Of a stretch of 64,000 nt of DNA, positions 7,778 to 18,387 are shown in pieces. The DNA lies in IMG/VR virus record IMGVR_UViG_3300010167_001484, positions 96,001 through 160,000 of that record, one strand, 5' to 3'. The notes under the pieces are model-generated. The model searched no databases, was not told where the DNA came from, and worked only from the letters and a program-made list of their open reading frames with translations. Made by a program: the position numbers and the translations under genes. Source of the stretch: a virus. Its lineage: Duplodnaviria; Caudoviricetes. The stretch's first letter is position 1. The number at the start of each line of letters is the position of its first letter.

Positions 7778-9725
7778 AGATGATATATTAGAGAGAATAC
7801 AGAATATATATGATAGTTGTACTGAAGAGGAGCAAGGTTACCTTATACAAATTCTTGAAGAATTTAGTAGTAGAGGTTATTCAGAAACCTATGAAAAAGT
7901 ATGGTTAGCTGATTATAGAGAAATTCCTGTAGATATAAACACTTTTATAGAATCTGATACTTATCTTGGTAGAACCAACAATCAAGGTAAAGCAGTATAC
8001 CCTTTCTGGCGGAAAGAACTTCGTTCATTTTTTGGTGCAGGTAATAAATATCATGAATGGGTTCTAACAGGTGCAACTCGTATAGGTAAGACCTCAACAG
8101 CTATAACAGCTACTTGTTATATGTTGTATCGTATAATGTGTCTTAGAAATCCTCAAGCATTTTTCAAGTTGAAGGATATATCTAAATTTAGTATACTATT
8201 CTTCAATATAACAAAAGATTTGGCTCAAGGTGTTGCTTATCAAGAATTTAATGCTACTTTAGCTGCTAGTCCATGGTTTCAAGCGCATGGTACGATGTCT
8301 CGTAGTATCAAGAATCCTTATTATATTCCCGAGGGTGGAAAGATAGATATTGACTTTGGTTCAGATGCGTCGCACGGACTTGGAAAACAAATCATTGTCG
8401 GGTTCTTGGATGAGGTGAATTTTAGTCAAGCAGGTGTCAAAGATGTAAATAAAGCTAAATCACGTATGAGAGCTACATATAATACCGTATCTACTCGTGT
8501 TAAAGGTACTTTTAGAATAGAAGGAGAGGTATTAGGTAAAGTATTTGCAGTTAGTTCTAAACGTAGTGACTCAGATTTCATGGAAGCTTATGTTCAAGAG
8601 CAAAGGAATGCTGGTGCAGGTGACAACATGTATATCACAGATGCACCACAATGGGAAGTATTTCCTCCAGGTAAATTCAGTAAAGAAACATTCTGTATAG
8701 CTTTAGGTGATAGATATCAAAGAGGGTTTGTTTTAAATGATGATCAGTGTTTTCCCGAAGCTATAAGAGATTTAGAAGCTCAAGGATTCAAAATATTACG
8801 ACCACCTATAGATATGAAGTCGGATTTTCTAGCAGATTTTCTTATAGCACTTCGAGATCTAGCAGGTATAGCTATTGTAGGTATGATGTCATTTATAACA
8901 CAAGATACAATTGATACATGTATAAATAGAACAAGACGAAATCCTTTCTATAGTGAAATATTACAGATTGGTACTAAAGATAGCTATACTATAGAAGAAT
9001 ATTTCCATATAGAGGATCTGCCCTCGAATATAAAAAAAGCACCTCTATTTATACATCTAGATCTTTCTAAGAATATAGATAGAACCGGTTTAGGCGGAGT
9101 GGCAATAACAGGCAGAAAGGATATATTAAGTAATATAGAAGATGAAAAAGGTAATACTAAACAAATTAAGATATCTCAACCTACTTTTACTCATGTGTTT
9201 AGTCTTGCTATAGAAGCGCCGAGGGGTGATAAGATACCTTATGCTAAGATTACAGCTTTTATATGTTGGTTACGGTCTAATCATTTTAATATCCTAGGAG
9301 TTAGTGCGGACCAGTTCCAAAGCGAATACATGCTACAACTCTTAGAAGCACAAGGCTTTGATGTAGATAATATATCGTTAGATAGGACACCTGATGGATA
9401 TATAACAACAAGATCTATTCTAATGGAACAAAGAATTGATTTGTTGAATCATAAATTACTTCAAGATGAATTAATTCATTTACAACGAGATTCTGCTACA
9501 GGGCGCTTGAATCATCCAATAGGACAAACAAAGGATATATCTGATGGGTTGGCGGGAGCTCTTCTAAATGCAACAAGAAAAAACCCTCCTATAGCTTTAC
9601 CTGGTAAAACATTATCTAAAGTAGTAACAACTGTGAATAAACCTGATAGAATGCCTCAAGGTGTAGTTAAAGGTGCAGATCTACCCAGTGTATTTGGTGA
9701 TTTGTATAAGAATTATAGAAAATAA
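7758..9725 (+). CDS. terL: Terminase large subunit
   Basis: Walker A LTGATRIGKT, Walker B IIVGFLDE, nuclease motifs HLDLS, DQFQS, KDISD; upstream of portal. Confidence 0.9.
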   Translation: MNTVIIEDDILERIQNIYDSCTEEEQGYLIQILEEFSSRGYSETYEKVWLADYREIPVDINTFIESDTYLGRTNNQGKAVYPFWRKELRSFFGAGNKYHEWVLTGATRIGKTSTAITATCYMLYRIMCLRNPQAFFKLKDISKFSILFFNITKDLAQGVAYQEFNATLAASPWFQAHGTMSRSIKNPYYIPEGGKIDIDFGSDASHGLGKQIIVGFLDEVNFSQAGVKDVNKAKSRMRATYNTVSTRVKGTFRIEGEVLGKVFAVSSKRSDSDFMEAYVQEQRNAGAGDNMYITDAPQWEVFPPGKFSKETFCIALGDRYQRGFVLNDDQCFPEAIRDLEAQGFKILRPPIDMKSDFLADFLIALRDLAGIAIVGMMSFITQDTIDTCINRTRRNPFYSEILQIGTKDSYTIEEYFHIEDLPSNIKKAPLFIHLDLSKNIDRTGLGGVAITGRKDILSNIEDEKGNTKQIKISQPTFTHVFSLAIEAPRGDKIPYAKITAFICWLRSNHFNILGVSADQFQSEYMLQLLEAQGFDVDNISLDRTPDGYITTRSILMEQRIDLLNHKLLQDELIHLQRDSATGRLNHPIGQTKDISDGLAGALLNATRKNPPIALPGKTLSKVVTTVNKPDRMPQGVVKGADLPSVFGDLYKNYRK

Positions 9726-9731
9726 TGAGGA

Positions 9732-9953
9732 GTGATTATTATGAATTGTGATAGTCATATCTGTGAAATTTGTAATAGACATGTGAAACCTGATGATATA
9801 CTTTCAATTAAGACTAGGAGTACTAGATGGGATGTAGATCATTGGGAAGAGCTCTTTGCTGATAGAAAAACAATAGGTATTTGTTTTGATTGTTTGAAAG
9901 AAATTGGTGAAAGAGTTAGGAAGAATAGTGAATCAAAAAGTAATATAAACTAA
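9732..9953 (+). CDS. Small Zn-ribbon protein
   Basis: CEIC...CFDC. Confidence 0.65.
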   Translation: MIIMNCDSHICEICNRHVKPDDILSIKTRSTRWDVDHWEELFADRKTIGICFDCLKEIGERVRKNSESKSNIN

Positions 9954-9979
9954 AAACTTTTTAGGGAGGACTATAAAAA

Positions 9980-11569
9980 ATGTATCTTGCGAATGTTCTG
10001 AAAGCTGGGGACTATTTAGTTCCTGTACCTGTGGGATTGCCATTAACATTACAATACAATTTCACAGGTAATTTAGAAAAGGTGTATCTTCGTTTTGGTA
10101 ATGACAGAATAGAAGTGACCGAAGATCTTCTTGAAACTATCAGGAAGAATCATACCGTGCCACATATGGTACATGTTAAGAAGGGGATAACAACTATAAG
10201 AGGTATTCTTTATACAGCAGATCTGGCGTTTGATCCTGGACATCTGCCCTATTGTGTAGAGAGTACACTGAAGCAGAAATTCTTAGATAGTCCTAGTAAA
10301 TTCAATTTCTTTGCAGTGACTTGGGATAGTAGTGAAGCTGTTGTAATTGGACCTACTCCTGCTAAACAGATGTTAACTATGTCTAAATTTAGGACACTTC
10401 CAGGTTGGCTAGTACCTGCAGCTATGTCTGTAGATATATTGAAGAGCTGGACTCATTATCCTTCTTATACATTTCATCCTGATATGATTACTAATTATGT
10501 TATATTCAGAGATGATAAAGTAATTTTCCATGTTACTCAAATGAAACAATTTATTGTAACTATGGTTAAGAAATATACTGATGAAAACGGTTTCATCAAA
10601 GCTCGTATATATCTAGTTGACGCTGTTGATACTAATTTTCCTAATCATATATCTATTGATTACTCTGAATTACTTAAATGGAATATACATTCAGATTCAT
10701 TGGTTGTATTTGATTCTATTAATCAAATTATATTCACTATGTCTACAACTAATAAGAAGCGAGAGAAACGTAGTAATAAATTAGGTTGTACCTTCTGTAA
10801 CAGGGCATTCACTGTGCCTAAAGAGGGGGAAGTTATTTGTCCTGACCCTCATTGTACATCTAGATTAATTCCACATATTCGTCAATTTATAAATGTTATG
10901 GGTCTTGAAGCTAAATCGGCTGAAAAGATATGTAGTTGGATCACTAAAGAAGGTATTACATGTATACCTGATATCTTCAATCTCGAAGACTACAAAGTAG
11001 GTAAAATTGAACTTGAAGTAACATTAGGTAAGCTATTGAGATCTCTGGTTCCATTTAGTTATTTACCAAAAGAAGATGTACTTCGTATATTTGCAAATTG
11101 TTGTACGAATAATATTGATATGTTTTTACATTATTGTGAAAATCCCGAATCAGCAGTAGTAGATTTGCAACTAGTTCATAAAGATTTTGGAAAGTTAGCT
11201 GAGTGGTTGAATGATAATTATAATTTTGCAGATATTCAAACGCTTCTAAGTTTACCTCAGATAGTTATAGAAAAAACTGATAAGAAATTTGAAGGTGCAC
11301 CTATATTTAGAGATAAATGTATCTATTTAACAGGTGATTTTATACGAGGAAATCAATCAGATATTGCAGCTATCTTAACAAGTTATTCTGCAAAAGTTAT
11401 ACATAGTTTTGAAGATAGTGTTGATTGTGTTATAGTAGGTGGTCTAAGAGAAAATATCAATGGTCAAGATGTGAGTAGGGCAAAGACATTAGGAATAAGT
11501 GTCTTTGAAGAAGAGGATTTTTTCTTGAATTATGAAATCGACGAGGATTTAAAATCTAACCTTTCATAA
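9980..11569 (+). CDS. NAD-dependent DNA ligase-like protein, catalytic motif degenerate
   Basis: LigA-like layout (G.p.tLqY..G.L, IRGILY, Zn finger CTFC..CPDPHC, C-terminal BRCT); KxDG reads VPVG. Confidence 0.7.
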   Translation: MYLANVLKAGDYLVPVPVGLPLTLQYNFTGNLEKVYLRFGNDRIEVTEDLLETIRKNHTVPHMVHVKKGITTIRGILYTADLAFDPGHLPYCVESTLKQKFLDSPSKFNFFAVTWDSSEAVVIGPTPAKQMLTMSKFRTLPGWLVPAAMSVDILKSWTHYPSYTFHPDMITNYVIFRDDKVIFHVTQMKQFIVTMVKKYTDENGFIKARIYLVDAVDTNFPNHISIDYSELLKWNIHSDSLVVFDSINQIIFTMSTTNKKREKRSNKLGCTFCNRAFTVPKEGEVICPDPHCTSRLIPHIRQFINVMGLEAKSAEKICSWITKEGITCIPDIFNLEDYKVGKIELEVTLGKLLRSLVPFSYLPKEDVLRIFANCCTNNIDMFLHYCENPESAVVDLQLVHKDFGKLAEWLNDNYNFADIQTLLSLPQIVIEKTDKKFEGAPIFRDKCIYLTGDFIRGNQSDIAAILTSYSAKVIHSFEDSVDCVIVGGLRENINGQDVSRAKTLGISVFEEEDFFLNYEIDEDLKSNLS

Positions 11570-11570
11570 T
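11557..11570 (+). promoter_or_regulatory. Putative phage late promoter motif
   Basis: TAACCTTTCATAAT before portal; one of 7 copies. Confidence 0.6.
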
Positions 11571-11606
11571 ATATAGATGTAGCATTTATGTCAAGGAGGA
11601 TTACTT

Positions 11607-13109
11607 GTGGCTAATAGATTATTAGAACGACTTATTCCTAGCGATAAGAAAAATAGAAATAAATTCACATCATTTATTCGCAAAGTTGTAGCTGGTTCAT
11701 TCTATAAATTCAGTGATCTGAGAGGTAATACAAGTTTAGCTGATATAAATACTATGATAGAGATGATGCGAGAACTTGCAAGAGATTCTCAAATAGCTAC
11801 AGCTTTATCATACTATGCAACTGATGCAACAACGTATAATACAGATAATCAAATAATTTGGGCTACTTCTAAAACTAATCCAGACTTAGCTGAAATCATA
11901 AATCAACTCTTTAAGAAATGGAAAATCAATACGTATGCTAGAGATCATATTCTTGAACTTGCAACTATAGGTAATTTATATATTCCTACAACGGAGATGT
12001 ACAAAGTTGAGGGTAGAGCGACATCTCGTAATCTAATTGCATTAGACAACAATACAATACCTGAGGTAGAATTTGATATTGTTCCCTCTTATAAAATCCC
12101 TCCTGAAAATATAGTGCATCTTTGGTTTGAAGGTCAACCTGAAGGTTATATGTATCAACCTGAAGATAATTCTACACAATTTGTAAATTATTCTGAATCT
12201 GCTGTTATACATTTCTCTTTAGGAGGACTTCTAGGTGAATATACTCTAGATACAGTATTACCTGGTGGGGATGTAAAAACATATGATATAATGTTTGCTC
12301 AACCTTTGATGGTAAGAGCTATTCAGCCTACACAAACATTGAGTCTTTTAGAGGATGCATTATTGTTATCCTCATTATCCCGTGTTGTGAGATTTGTAAA
12401 TGTGGAATGTGGTAATGCAGAAGAAGAGGAAATCCGAGCAACACTTCAAGAATTGAAAGATGCTATCGAACAACAACTTGCTATAAATACTAATACGGGT
12501 GATGCACAAAGTTTTGTTAATCCTCAAAGTCCGAATAATCTGATATTCTTACCTAAAATAAATGGTGCTGATTCTATATCTGTAACAGATTTGAATGTAG
12601 CAGATGCAACTGAAGCGGATAATAAACTCCTTCAACATTATATGGATAAGAAATTATCTGTTCTAGGTGTGCCAAAAGAGGCTATGAACTTTTCTTCTAA
12701 TGAAGGTCTTGGAGGTGCAGGTACAGTTCTTGCTCAAAGATCTCAATTATATGCTAATTCATTACAACGTCTAATGACTGCATATAAAGAGGGCTGGAAA
12801 GATGCTTTGAATACAAGGTTTATAGCATTAGGATTCAGCGGATTTGTAGATCAGTTTGAATTAAACATGAACCCAATTTTAACTCAACAATCTACTCTAA
12901 CCTTCGAGAAACGTGATGCAGCATTGAGTCAAGCAACTGCATTATTCACATTACTCAGAGATATGGGTGTAGATGATCCTAATACATTTAGAGATGGTTT
13001 AGTTGAAATATTATCTGAGGTATTCCCACAGATAGGTGCTCAGATAAGTAAATGGAATATCAATGTTGAAGGTGAAGGGGAAGAAGGTGGTGGGTTAGGT
13101 GAATTCTAG
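11607..13109 (+). CDS. Portal protein (T4 gp20-like)
   Basis: 500 aa; D.QIA.AL..YA.DAT, LLEDALLL, KLSVLGVP motifs; follows terL. Confidence 0.85.
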   Translation: MANRLLERLIPSDKKNRNKFTSFIRKVVAGSFYKFSDLRGNTSLADINTMIEMMRELARDSQIATALSYYATDATTYNTDNQIIWATSKTNPDLAEIINQLFKKWKINTYARDHILELATIGNLYIPTTEMYKVEGRATSRNLIALDNNTIPEVEFDIVPSYKIPPENIVHLWFEGQPEGYMYQPEDNSTQFVNYSESAVIHFSLGGLLGEYTLDTVLPGGDVKTYDIMFAQPLMVRAIQPTQTLSLLEDALLLSSLSRVVRFVNVECGNAEEEEIRATLQELKDAIEQQLAINTNTGDAQSFVNPQSPNNLIFLPKINGADSISVTDLNVADATEADNKLLQHYMDKKLSVLGVPKEAMNFSSNEGLGGAGTVLAQRSQLYANSLQRLMTAYKEGWKDALNTRFIALGFSGFVDQFELNMNPILTQQSTLTFEKRDAALSQATALFTLLRDMGVDDPNTFRDGLVEILSEVFPQIGAQISKWNINVEGEGEEGGGLGEF

Positions 13110-13428
13110 TGTATTCTTTAAAGAATTAAAATCTTTTAATAGTACTAATTATCGTACTTTATTGAATGCAGATCTTTCAGCTGAGGATGCATCTATAATA
13201 AAAGCATTTAGCTCAGCTATAACTCGATTCTTTATATTTGTTGAAAAACATCCTCAAATGAGTGAAACTGATAAAAGGGTGCTATATTTCAAGCTGAAAT
13301 TAGATATGGTGGCAAGTTATTTTGCAGATTTTCCAGAATCTAATATAGATCTTCTAAAAGGGTTTCAACATGAATTATTGAAATATAACAAGTCTGTTAA
13401 AGACGATACTACTAGTTTAAGAAATTGA
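13099..13428 (+). CDS. Hypothetical protein
   Basis: ORF overlapping portal stop. Confidence 0.65.
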   Translation: MNSSVFFKELKSFNSTNYRTLLNADLSAEDASIIKAFSSAITRFFIFVEKHPQMSETDKRVLYFKLKLDMVASYFADFPESNIDLLKGFQHELLKYNKSVKDDTTSLRN

Positions 13429-13434
13429 GGTAGC

Positions 13435-13632
13435 TTGATGGAAGAATATATTATACTTAAATTAACTAATCTTACAGCTGAACAAAGAAATTGGATTGAA
13501 AATAATATGAATCCAACGGTTGAATCTATATGTGAATTCATAAATTGTCCTCCTGAAAAGAGTGATATATGTCGTTGTGATGGTTGTATGTTTGATGGAG
13601 TAGGTCCTACTATTGAGTTAGTTGAGGAATGA
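13435..13632 (+). CDS. Small Cys-containing hypothetical protein
   Basis: ORF with GAGG SD. Confidence 0.55.
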   Translation: MMEEYIILKLTNLTAEQRNWIENNMNPTVESICEFINCPPEKSDICRCDGCMFDGVGPTIELVEE

Positions 13633-13635
13633 GTT

Positions 13636-14256
13636 ATGATTCAAGAACAAAGAATTCTTAGATATAGTATTTCTAGTTGGAGACAACTTATCTATGCAAA
13701 ATCTAATAATAGTAGTAAGTTATCCATTTCCGTATCTGATTTCTTACAGGATAGAAGACTTTCTGGTACTAGAATACAACTTATTCATAAAGATTTTGGA
13801 GTATTATTTGCATGTGTAGTAGATGTTCAAGGAGATATTATCACAGAGATACAAGAAGATATTATAACAGAGTTAACTCCCGACCAAATTTTATCTGAGT
13901 TGAGAAAATATGGTTATTATATAGAATATAGGGCTGAAACTAAGTTAAAATCAAAACAATTAGAATATCTTTTCAGTATAAAAAATCTAGGATTCGATAA
14001 GATTTCTATTTTATATGTTCATAGTTATAACCACGGTATAAAAGATATCAGATGGTATGTTGTTGCATTCAAAGTTAAGGATAATTCTGATTGGATTAAT
14101 AATTGGTACAGCCCAAGTCATACAGAATTCATGGAAGCAATTAGTAACGGTAGTGCAATAAATATTTCTAAAATCAGTTTCACCGAAAAATTTAGGTGGG
14201 ATTGGTTGATGGGTGCAGTAATGTCTGTTGATGATATCTTAGAGGCTAACTCATGA
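13636..14256 (+). CDS. Hypothetical protein
   Basis: 206 aa ORF in operon. Confidence 0.75.
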   Translation: MIQEQRILRYSISSWRQLIYAKSNNSSKLSISVSDFLQDRRLSGTRIQLIHKDFGVLFACVVDVQGDIITEIQEDIITELTPDQILSELRKYGYYIEYRAETKLKSKQLEYLFSIKNLGFDKISILYVHSYNHGIKDIRWYVVAFKVKDNSDWINNWYSPSHTEFMEAISNGSAINISKISFTEKFRWDWLMGAVMSVDDILEANS

Positions 14257-14456
14257 TTAGAGAAGGTAAGTTATATAAAGATAATAAGAGATTATATATG
14301 ACTACGGATGAAATTGTTTCTAATTTCCGACGTTCTAATAATCCTGAACGTCAAATAGGTGTGTTAGCTCAATTGAATGCAGTTCCGAGAAGTGTGATAA
14401 TATCATTGCTTCATGATAACGGTTTAGCTGAAGCTATTGTTGAGGTAGAAACATGA
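14253..14456 (+). CDS. Small phage hypothetical protein
   Basis: M...EI...fR......QI.VLAqLN pattern; ATGA overlap. Confidence 0.65.
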   Translation: MIREGKLYKDNKRLYMTTDEIVSNFRRSNNPERQIGVLAQLNAVPRSVIISLLHDNGLAEAIVEVET

Positions 14457-14644
14457 AGATTGCTTGTGATAAGTGTTTAACAGTGAAAAATGCTGACTTA
14501 GGTTTTCCTAAAGGTTGGATGAAGGTTAAAGTAAATTCTTTAGATGTGAATCTTTGTGAAATCTGTAGCGAAGGGTTGTGGCAAGCTATAGATTGTTCCT
14601 ATCCTCCAGTGATATTACAACCGAAAATAGAAAAGGATACATGA
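14453..14644 (+). CDS. Small Zn-ribbon protein
   Basis: CDKC...PKGW...LCEIC. Confidence 0.65.
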   Translation: MKIACDKCLTVKNADLGFPKGWMKVKVNSLDVNLCEICSEGLWQAIDCSYPPVILQPKIEKDT

Positions 14645-15246
14645 TGTCAATTAACCTTATTGGTAAAGATATTGAAATAATGCGTAAATATTATAATGAA
14701 GCTCTTGCTATGCAAGGTATTCCAGCAAAATATCAATACCCTAATTTACCTGATAGTAATTTGCATGGTGAAGCTTTGATTGATTCATATTCAGATATGA
14801 TTGATACTCATGTATTCTTTGATGGTGCCCCTAAAGCTAAAACATATAAGCGATATGGATGGGTAGTTGAGAATGATGATAATCTTCCATTCTTAGTTAG
14901 ATGTAGTTATCATATGGAGAGTCTTCAAAAAGATTGTTTATTTCATATAGGAGGTCAACATGCTAATTTTCCTGATAGAATTTTTCGTGTTACTGAATTA
15001 ACTTGTGATCTTCAAGCTCCTGACCACTATGTATGTCAAGTTGTACCTGTGTATGGTAAAGATAGTAAAGATATAGTCGGTAGAACTAAAGTAGAGGTTG
15101 CACAAACTTACAACAAATCTAATACATTTCTTAAATCTGAAACAGATTATCGTGGCAAAGTGTATTCACCTTTAGCTGAAGGTGGAGGAACAACAAAGAA
15201 ACCGTTGTTACCTGTAATAGGTTTAGAAGTGGATAAAGATGGTTAG
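14641..15246 (+). CDS. Putative neck/head-closure protein
   Basis: ATGA overlap with AAGGA SD; size and position between portal and tail genes. Confidence 0.5.
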   Translation: MMSINLIGKDIEIMRKYYNEALAMQGIPAKYQYPNLPDSNLHGEALIDSYSDMIDTHVFFDGAPKAKTYKRYGWVVENDDNLPFLVRCSYHMESLQKDCLFHIGGQHANFPDRIFRVTELTCDLQAPDHYVCQVVPVYGKDSKDIVGRTKVEVAQTYNKSNTFLKSETDYRGKVYSPLAEGGGTTKKPLLPVIGLEVDKDG

Positions 15247-15262
15247 ATAGGTGGAATGACTT

Positions 15263-15874
15263 ATTTTACATAAATATGATGAAGCCATAGCTGAAAATCT
15301 TCAAGAATCTTTTAATCAAGATTCTGATAAACGTGTTACTGTGAAGGCTGTTTCTTCTGAAAGTATTTTACAACTTGTTGCTCAGATAAAAGAAGATGAA
15401 ATAGAGTTTCCTGTTGTTGCTCTAGTAAGGAGTCCTAATTACCAATTAGATTCAGCCAGAATGAATTTTACAATGAGGCAACAAGGTATTCAATCTGTTA
15501 TGGATACAGAAACAAATGAGATATTTCAAGAAAGATCTCTTCCAGTTACATTGAGTTACAGTTTAACTATTCTAGCAACTAATACAATAGATATGGATGA
15601 ACTCGAAAGAGAGTTACTCTTCAAATATACATCCATGTATTTCTTAAGTATAAATTTACCTTATGAGGCAGATCGTAAGATTAGATTCGGTATTGAGGTT
15701 GATTTTGATCAAGATATAGATAGATCTTCTACTACAGGTGAATATTTAGCTGAAGGGAAATTGCATCAAACAGTGATACCGTTAAAATGTCAAGGTGCTG
15801 TATTAGTTCATTATACACCATTTAAATTAAAACGTACAGAAGTTGGTTATGAGATAGTCACACCCGGGGAGTGA
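15263..15874 (+). CDS. Putative tail terminator/sheath-stabiliser (gp15-like)
   Basis: FPVVALVR and PVTLSYSLTI...DELEREL pattern; frame open back to ATT 15263. Confidence 0.55.
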   Translation: MLHKYDEAIAENLQESFNQDSDKRVTVKAVSSESILQLVAQIKEDEIEFPVVALVRSPNYQLDSARMNFTMRQQGIQSVMDTETNEIFQERSLPVTLSYSLTILATNTIDMDELERELLFKYTSMYFLSINLPYEADRKIRFGIEVDFDQDIDRSSTTGEYLAEGKLHQTVIPLKCQGAVLVHYTPFKLKRTEVGYEIVTPGE

Positions 15875-15876
15875 TT

Positions 15877-16518
15877 ATGGATATAAGATTAAAATTATAC
15901 ACCGGTGATGGTGATAGATTATTACCAGAATTAGATCGTGAATCTATTGTTGATTTAATATATCCAATAGGTAGTATATATTTGACTGTTAATGAATCAC
16001 GTCCTGAAATCTTATTTGGTGGAGAATGGGTAGAATGGGGTCAAGGAAGAGTTCCCATAGGATTAGGGCAAGGTGCAGGATTAACCAATCAATCTATTCT
16101 AGAGTATACAGGTGGATCAGAGACAATTTCTCATACACATACTAGTTCAGCTCATACACATACATCGGTTGCACATACACATACTAGTGCAGCTCATACT
16201 CATGCTGAAGGTACATTGGCTGCAAGTATGAATTCACAAACTGGTGGTATATATGTGCGAGAGAGGTCTGTTAGTGGTAATTGGCCTGCCACTTATTTAT
16301 TTAATATTCCTGGGGCTACAAGATCAAATACCACATTGGGTATGTCTGCAAACAATAATGCACAAGTTTTTGGGGCAACTGGATCTACAACTCCGGGAGC
16401 TACAGGATCTACAACCCCGGGAGCTACAGGATCTACAACTCCAAATGATACAGGAAATACAGTTGTATCCATTGTTCAACCCTATATAGTTTGTTATATG
16501 TGGAAACGGATTGCATAG
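15877..16518 (+). CDS. Needle/short-fibre protein 1 (gp10 C-terminal-like collar + HxH needle)
   Basis: IYPIGSIY...LFGGEW..WGQGRV; 4 HxH; QPYIVCYMWKRIA. Confidence 0.8.
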   Translation: MDIRLKLYTGDGDRLLPELDRESIVDLIYPIGSIYLTVNESRPEILFGGEWVEWGQGRVPIGLGQGAGLTNQSILEYTGGSETISHTHTSSAHTHTSVAHTHTSAAHTHAEGTLAASMNSQTGGIYVRERSVSGNWPATYLFNIPGATRSNTTLGMSANNNAQVFGATGSTTPGATGSTTPGATGSTTPNDTGNTVVSIVQPYIVCYMWKRIA

Positions 16519-17168
16519 TGTCTAAGAAGTTAGAATTGAAAACAGAAGAAAGTGAAGAATTATATCCTAGAATACATGTTGATCAGATATATCCTATCGG
16601 TTCAATTTATATGAGTGTAAATAGTATCAATCCCTTTGAATTATTTGGAGGTGTATGGGAACCTTGGGCAGCTGGTAGAGTTCCTGTAGGTATAGAAGAT
16701 TTTGGTAAATTTAATTTATCTGAAGCTGTTGGAGGAGAAGAATCAACGATTTTAACAGTAGATCAACTAGCTCAACACAATCATAGTAATACTAATAATC
16801 CTACTACACTTCCAGCAAGTGGAGTTCCTAGTAATAATACTACAGCTAATCAATCTGCTAATCATAATCATACATATACAACTCCTCCTAGATTATTTGT
16901 TAATGTAGATAATTCAATAGGTTCAACTGAATGTATTAATCCAGCTATTGCAGAAGCTTCTAGAGTTCATGCTCGTGGTGGTCAAACAACTTGTAATCTT
17001 GATACAGGAACTACAAGCCATAATCTTACAAGCCATAATCATACAATGCAGAATCATACACATACGTTACCAAATCCTATACATCCTACAAATAATGAGG
17101 GCGCTAACCAAGCACATAATAATTTACAACCATATATAGTTTGTTATATGTGGAAACGTGTTGCATAA
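16518..17168 (+). CDS. Needle/short-fibre protein 2
   Basis: GTG overlapping previous stop; same collar motifs. Confidence 0.8.
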   Translation: MSKKLELKTEESEELYPRIHVDQIYPIGSIYMSVNSINPFELFGGVWEPWAAGRVPVGIEDFGKFNLSEAVGGEESTILTVDQLAQHNHSNTNNPTTLPASGVPSNNTTANQSANHNHTYTTPPRLFVNVDNSIGSTECINPAIAEASRVHARGGQTTCNLDTGTTSHNLTSHNHTMQNHTHTLPNPIHPTNNEGANQAHNNLQPYIVCYMWKRVA

Positions 17169-17177
17169 TAGAATTAG

Positions 17178-17909
17178 GTGATATATTTGAGAAAAAGATT
17201 AACATTATTTACAGAAGATGGAACAGAATTAATTGCAGGTCTTCCTGCTGATGAGATAGTTGATTTAATCTATCCTGTAGGTGCTGTATATATTTCTGTA
17301 GTTAATATCAATCCTGAAACATTATGGGGTGGAGAATGGGAATCTATAGGTAAGGGTCGTACTCTTGTTGGTGTAGATACTACAGATAATGATTTTAATG
17401 CTGTGGAGAAGATAGGTGGAATAAAGAATTCACCACATACTCATGCATTAACAAATCATGTACATTCTCAAGCTCATACTCACAATATGCCTCACACTCA
17501 TAATTCAGCGGCACATACTCATACAGTAGGAGATCATTACCATAGTTTAGATGCTAATGGTTTCGCTCAGATAGGTGTAAGGGTTGGAGGAAATTCTTTA
17601 GGTTATAATTTTGGTAATACAACATTCACATCTAGACAGTGTGGAGCATTTCAAACACCTGAAGTAGTTGCAAGTATACATGCAACCCCTTTATTTGGTA
17701 GAACTGCTGCTATGACTGCAGCAGCTAATACAGGATCTACTACGCCAGGAGTAACTGGCGCTGTTAATACAGCTGCTACTGCAGGTGTGAATACTGCGAA
17801 TACAGGTGATCCTACAACATTACCTGCAACAGGAAGTTCATCTAATGATAACATTAGTTCAAATCTTCAACCGTACATAACAGTATTCATTTGGAAGAGA
17901 GTCGCATAA
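17178..17909 (+). CDS. Needle/short-fibre protein 3
   Basis: Same collar motifs; 6 HxH. Confidence 0.8.
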   Translation: MIYLRKRLTLFTEDGTELIAGLPADEIVDLIYPVGAVYISVVNINPETLWGGEWESIGKGRTLVGVDTTDNDFNAVEKIGGIKNSPHTHALTNHVHSQAHTHNMPHTHNSAAHTHTVGDHYHSLDANGFAQIGVRVGGNSLGYNFGNTTFTSRQCGAFQTPEVVASIHATPLFGRTAAMTAAANTGSTTPGVTGAVNTAATAGVNTANTGDPTTLPATGSSSNDNISSNLQPYITVFIWKRVA

Positions 17910-17920
17910 CCTTCTATTAT
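17907..17920 (+). promoter_or_regulatory. Putative phage late promoter motif
   Basis: TAACCTTCTATTAT. Confidence 0.6.
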
Positions 17921-17940
17921 AATAAGGAGATGGTAATAGT

Positions 17941-18366
17941 ATGAATAATCCAGAAATTGTGTTAACCAGTAATATCAAAAGAATAACATCTAATCAAGCT
18001 CCATCTGAGTTAGAGCTTCCTTTAGGTTTTATAGCTTTTGGAGAAGTTATGGGAGAATATAGAATATTTGGTAATTCTGATGGTAATATTGTAGATTTAA
18101 CAAATTTTGTTGTTATATCTCAACCTGATACTGTGAAAGGTAGAATTGGTGGAGAAGGACCTACACAAGATTTACCTTTTGAAGAATTGAAATATTTATT
18201 AGGAATACCTATCTTTGAATTAACTGGTGATTCTCTTAATATAAGAACTATTAAGAAAGATACTAGTTCCGAAGAAGAAGCTCCAATTGAACCTTGTTGT
18301 GAGAATTATCCAGATTGTAATTGTAATGTAGATATTCCAGAAGGTCCTCCTCCTATAGGACCGTAA
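17941..18366 (+). CDS. Putative fibre-associated structural protein
   Basis: AP..L.LG.IAF and TVKGR..G.GP.QDL segments typical of fibre proteins. Confidence 0.45.
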   Translation: MNNPEIVLTSNIKRITSNQAPSELELPLGFIAFGEVMGEYRIFGNSDGNIVDLTNFVVISQPDTVKGRIGGEGPTQDLPFEELKYLLGIPIFELTGDSLNIRTIKKDTSSEEEAPIEPCCENYPDCNCNVDIPEGPPPIGP

Positions 18367-18387
18367 AATTAGAGGGTGTAATTAAAT

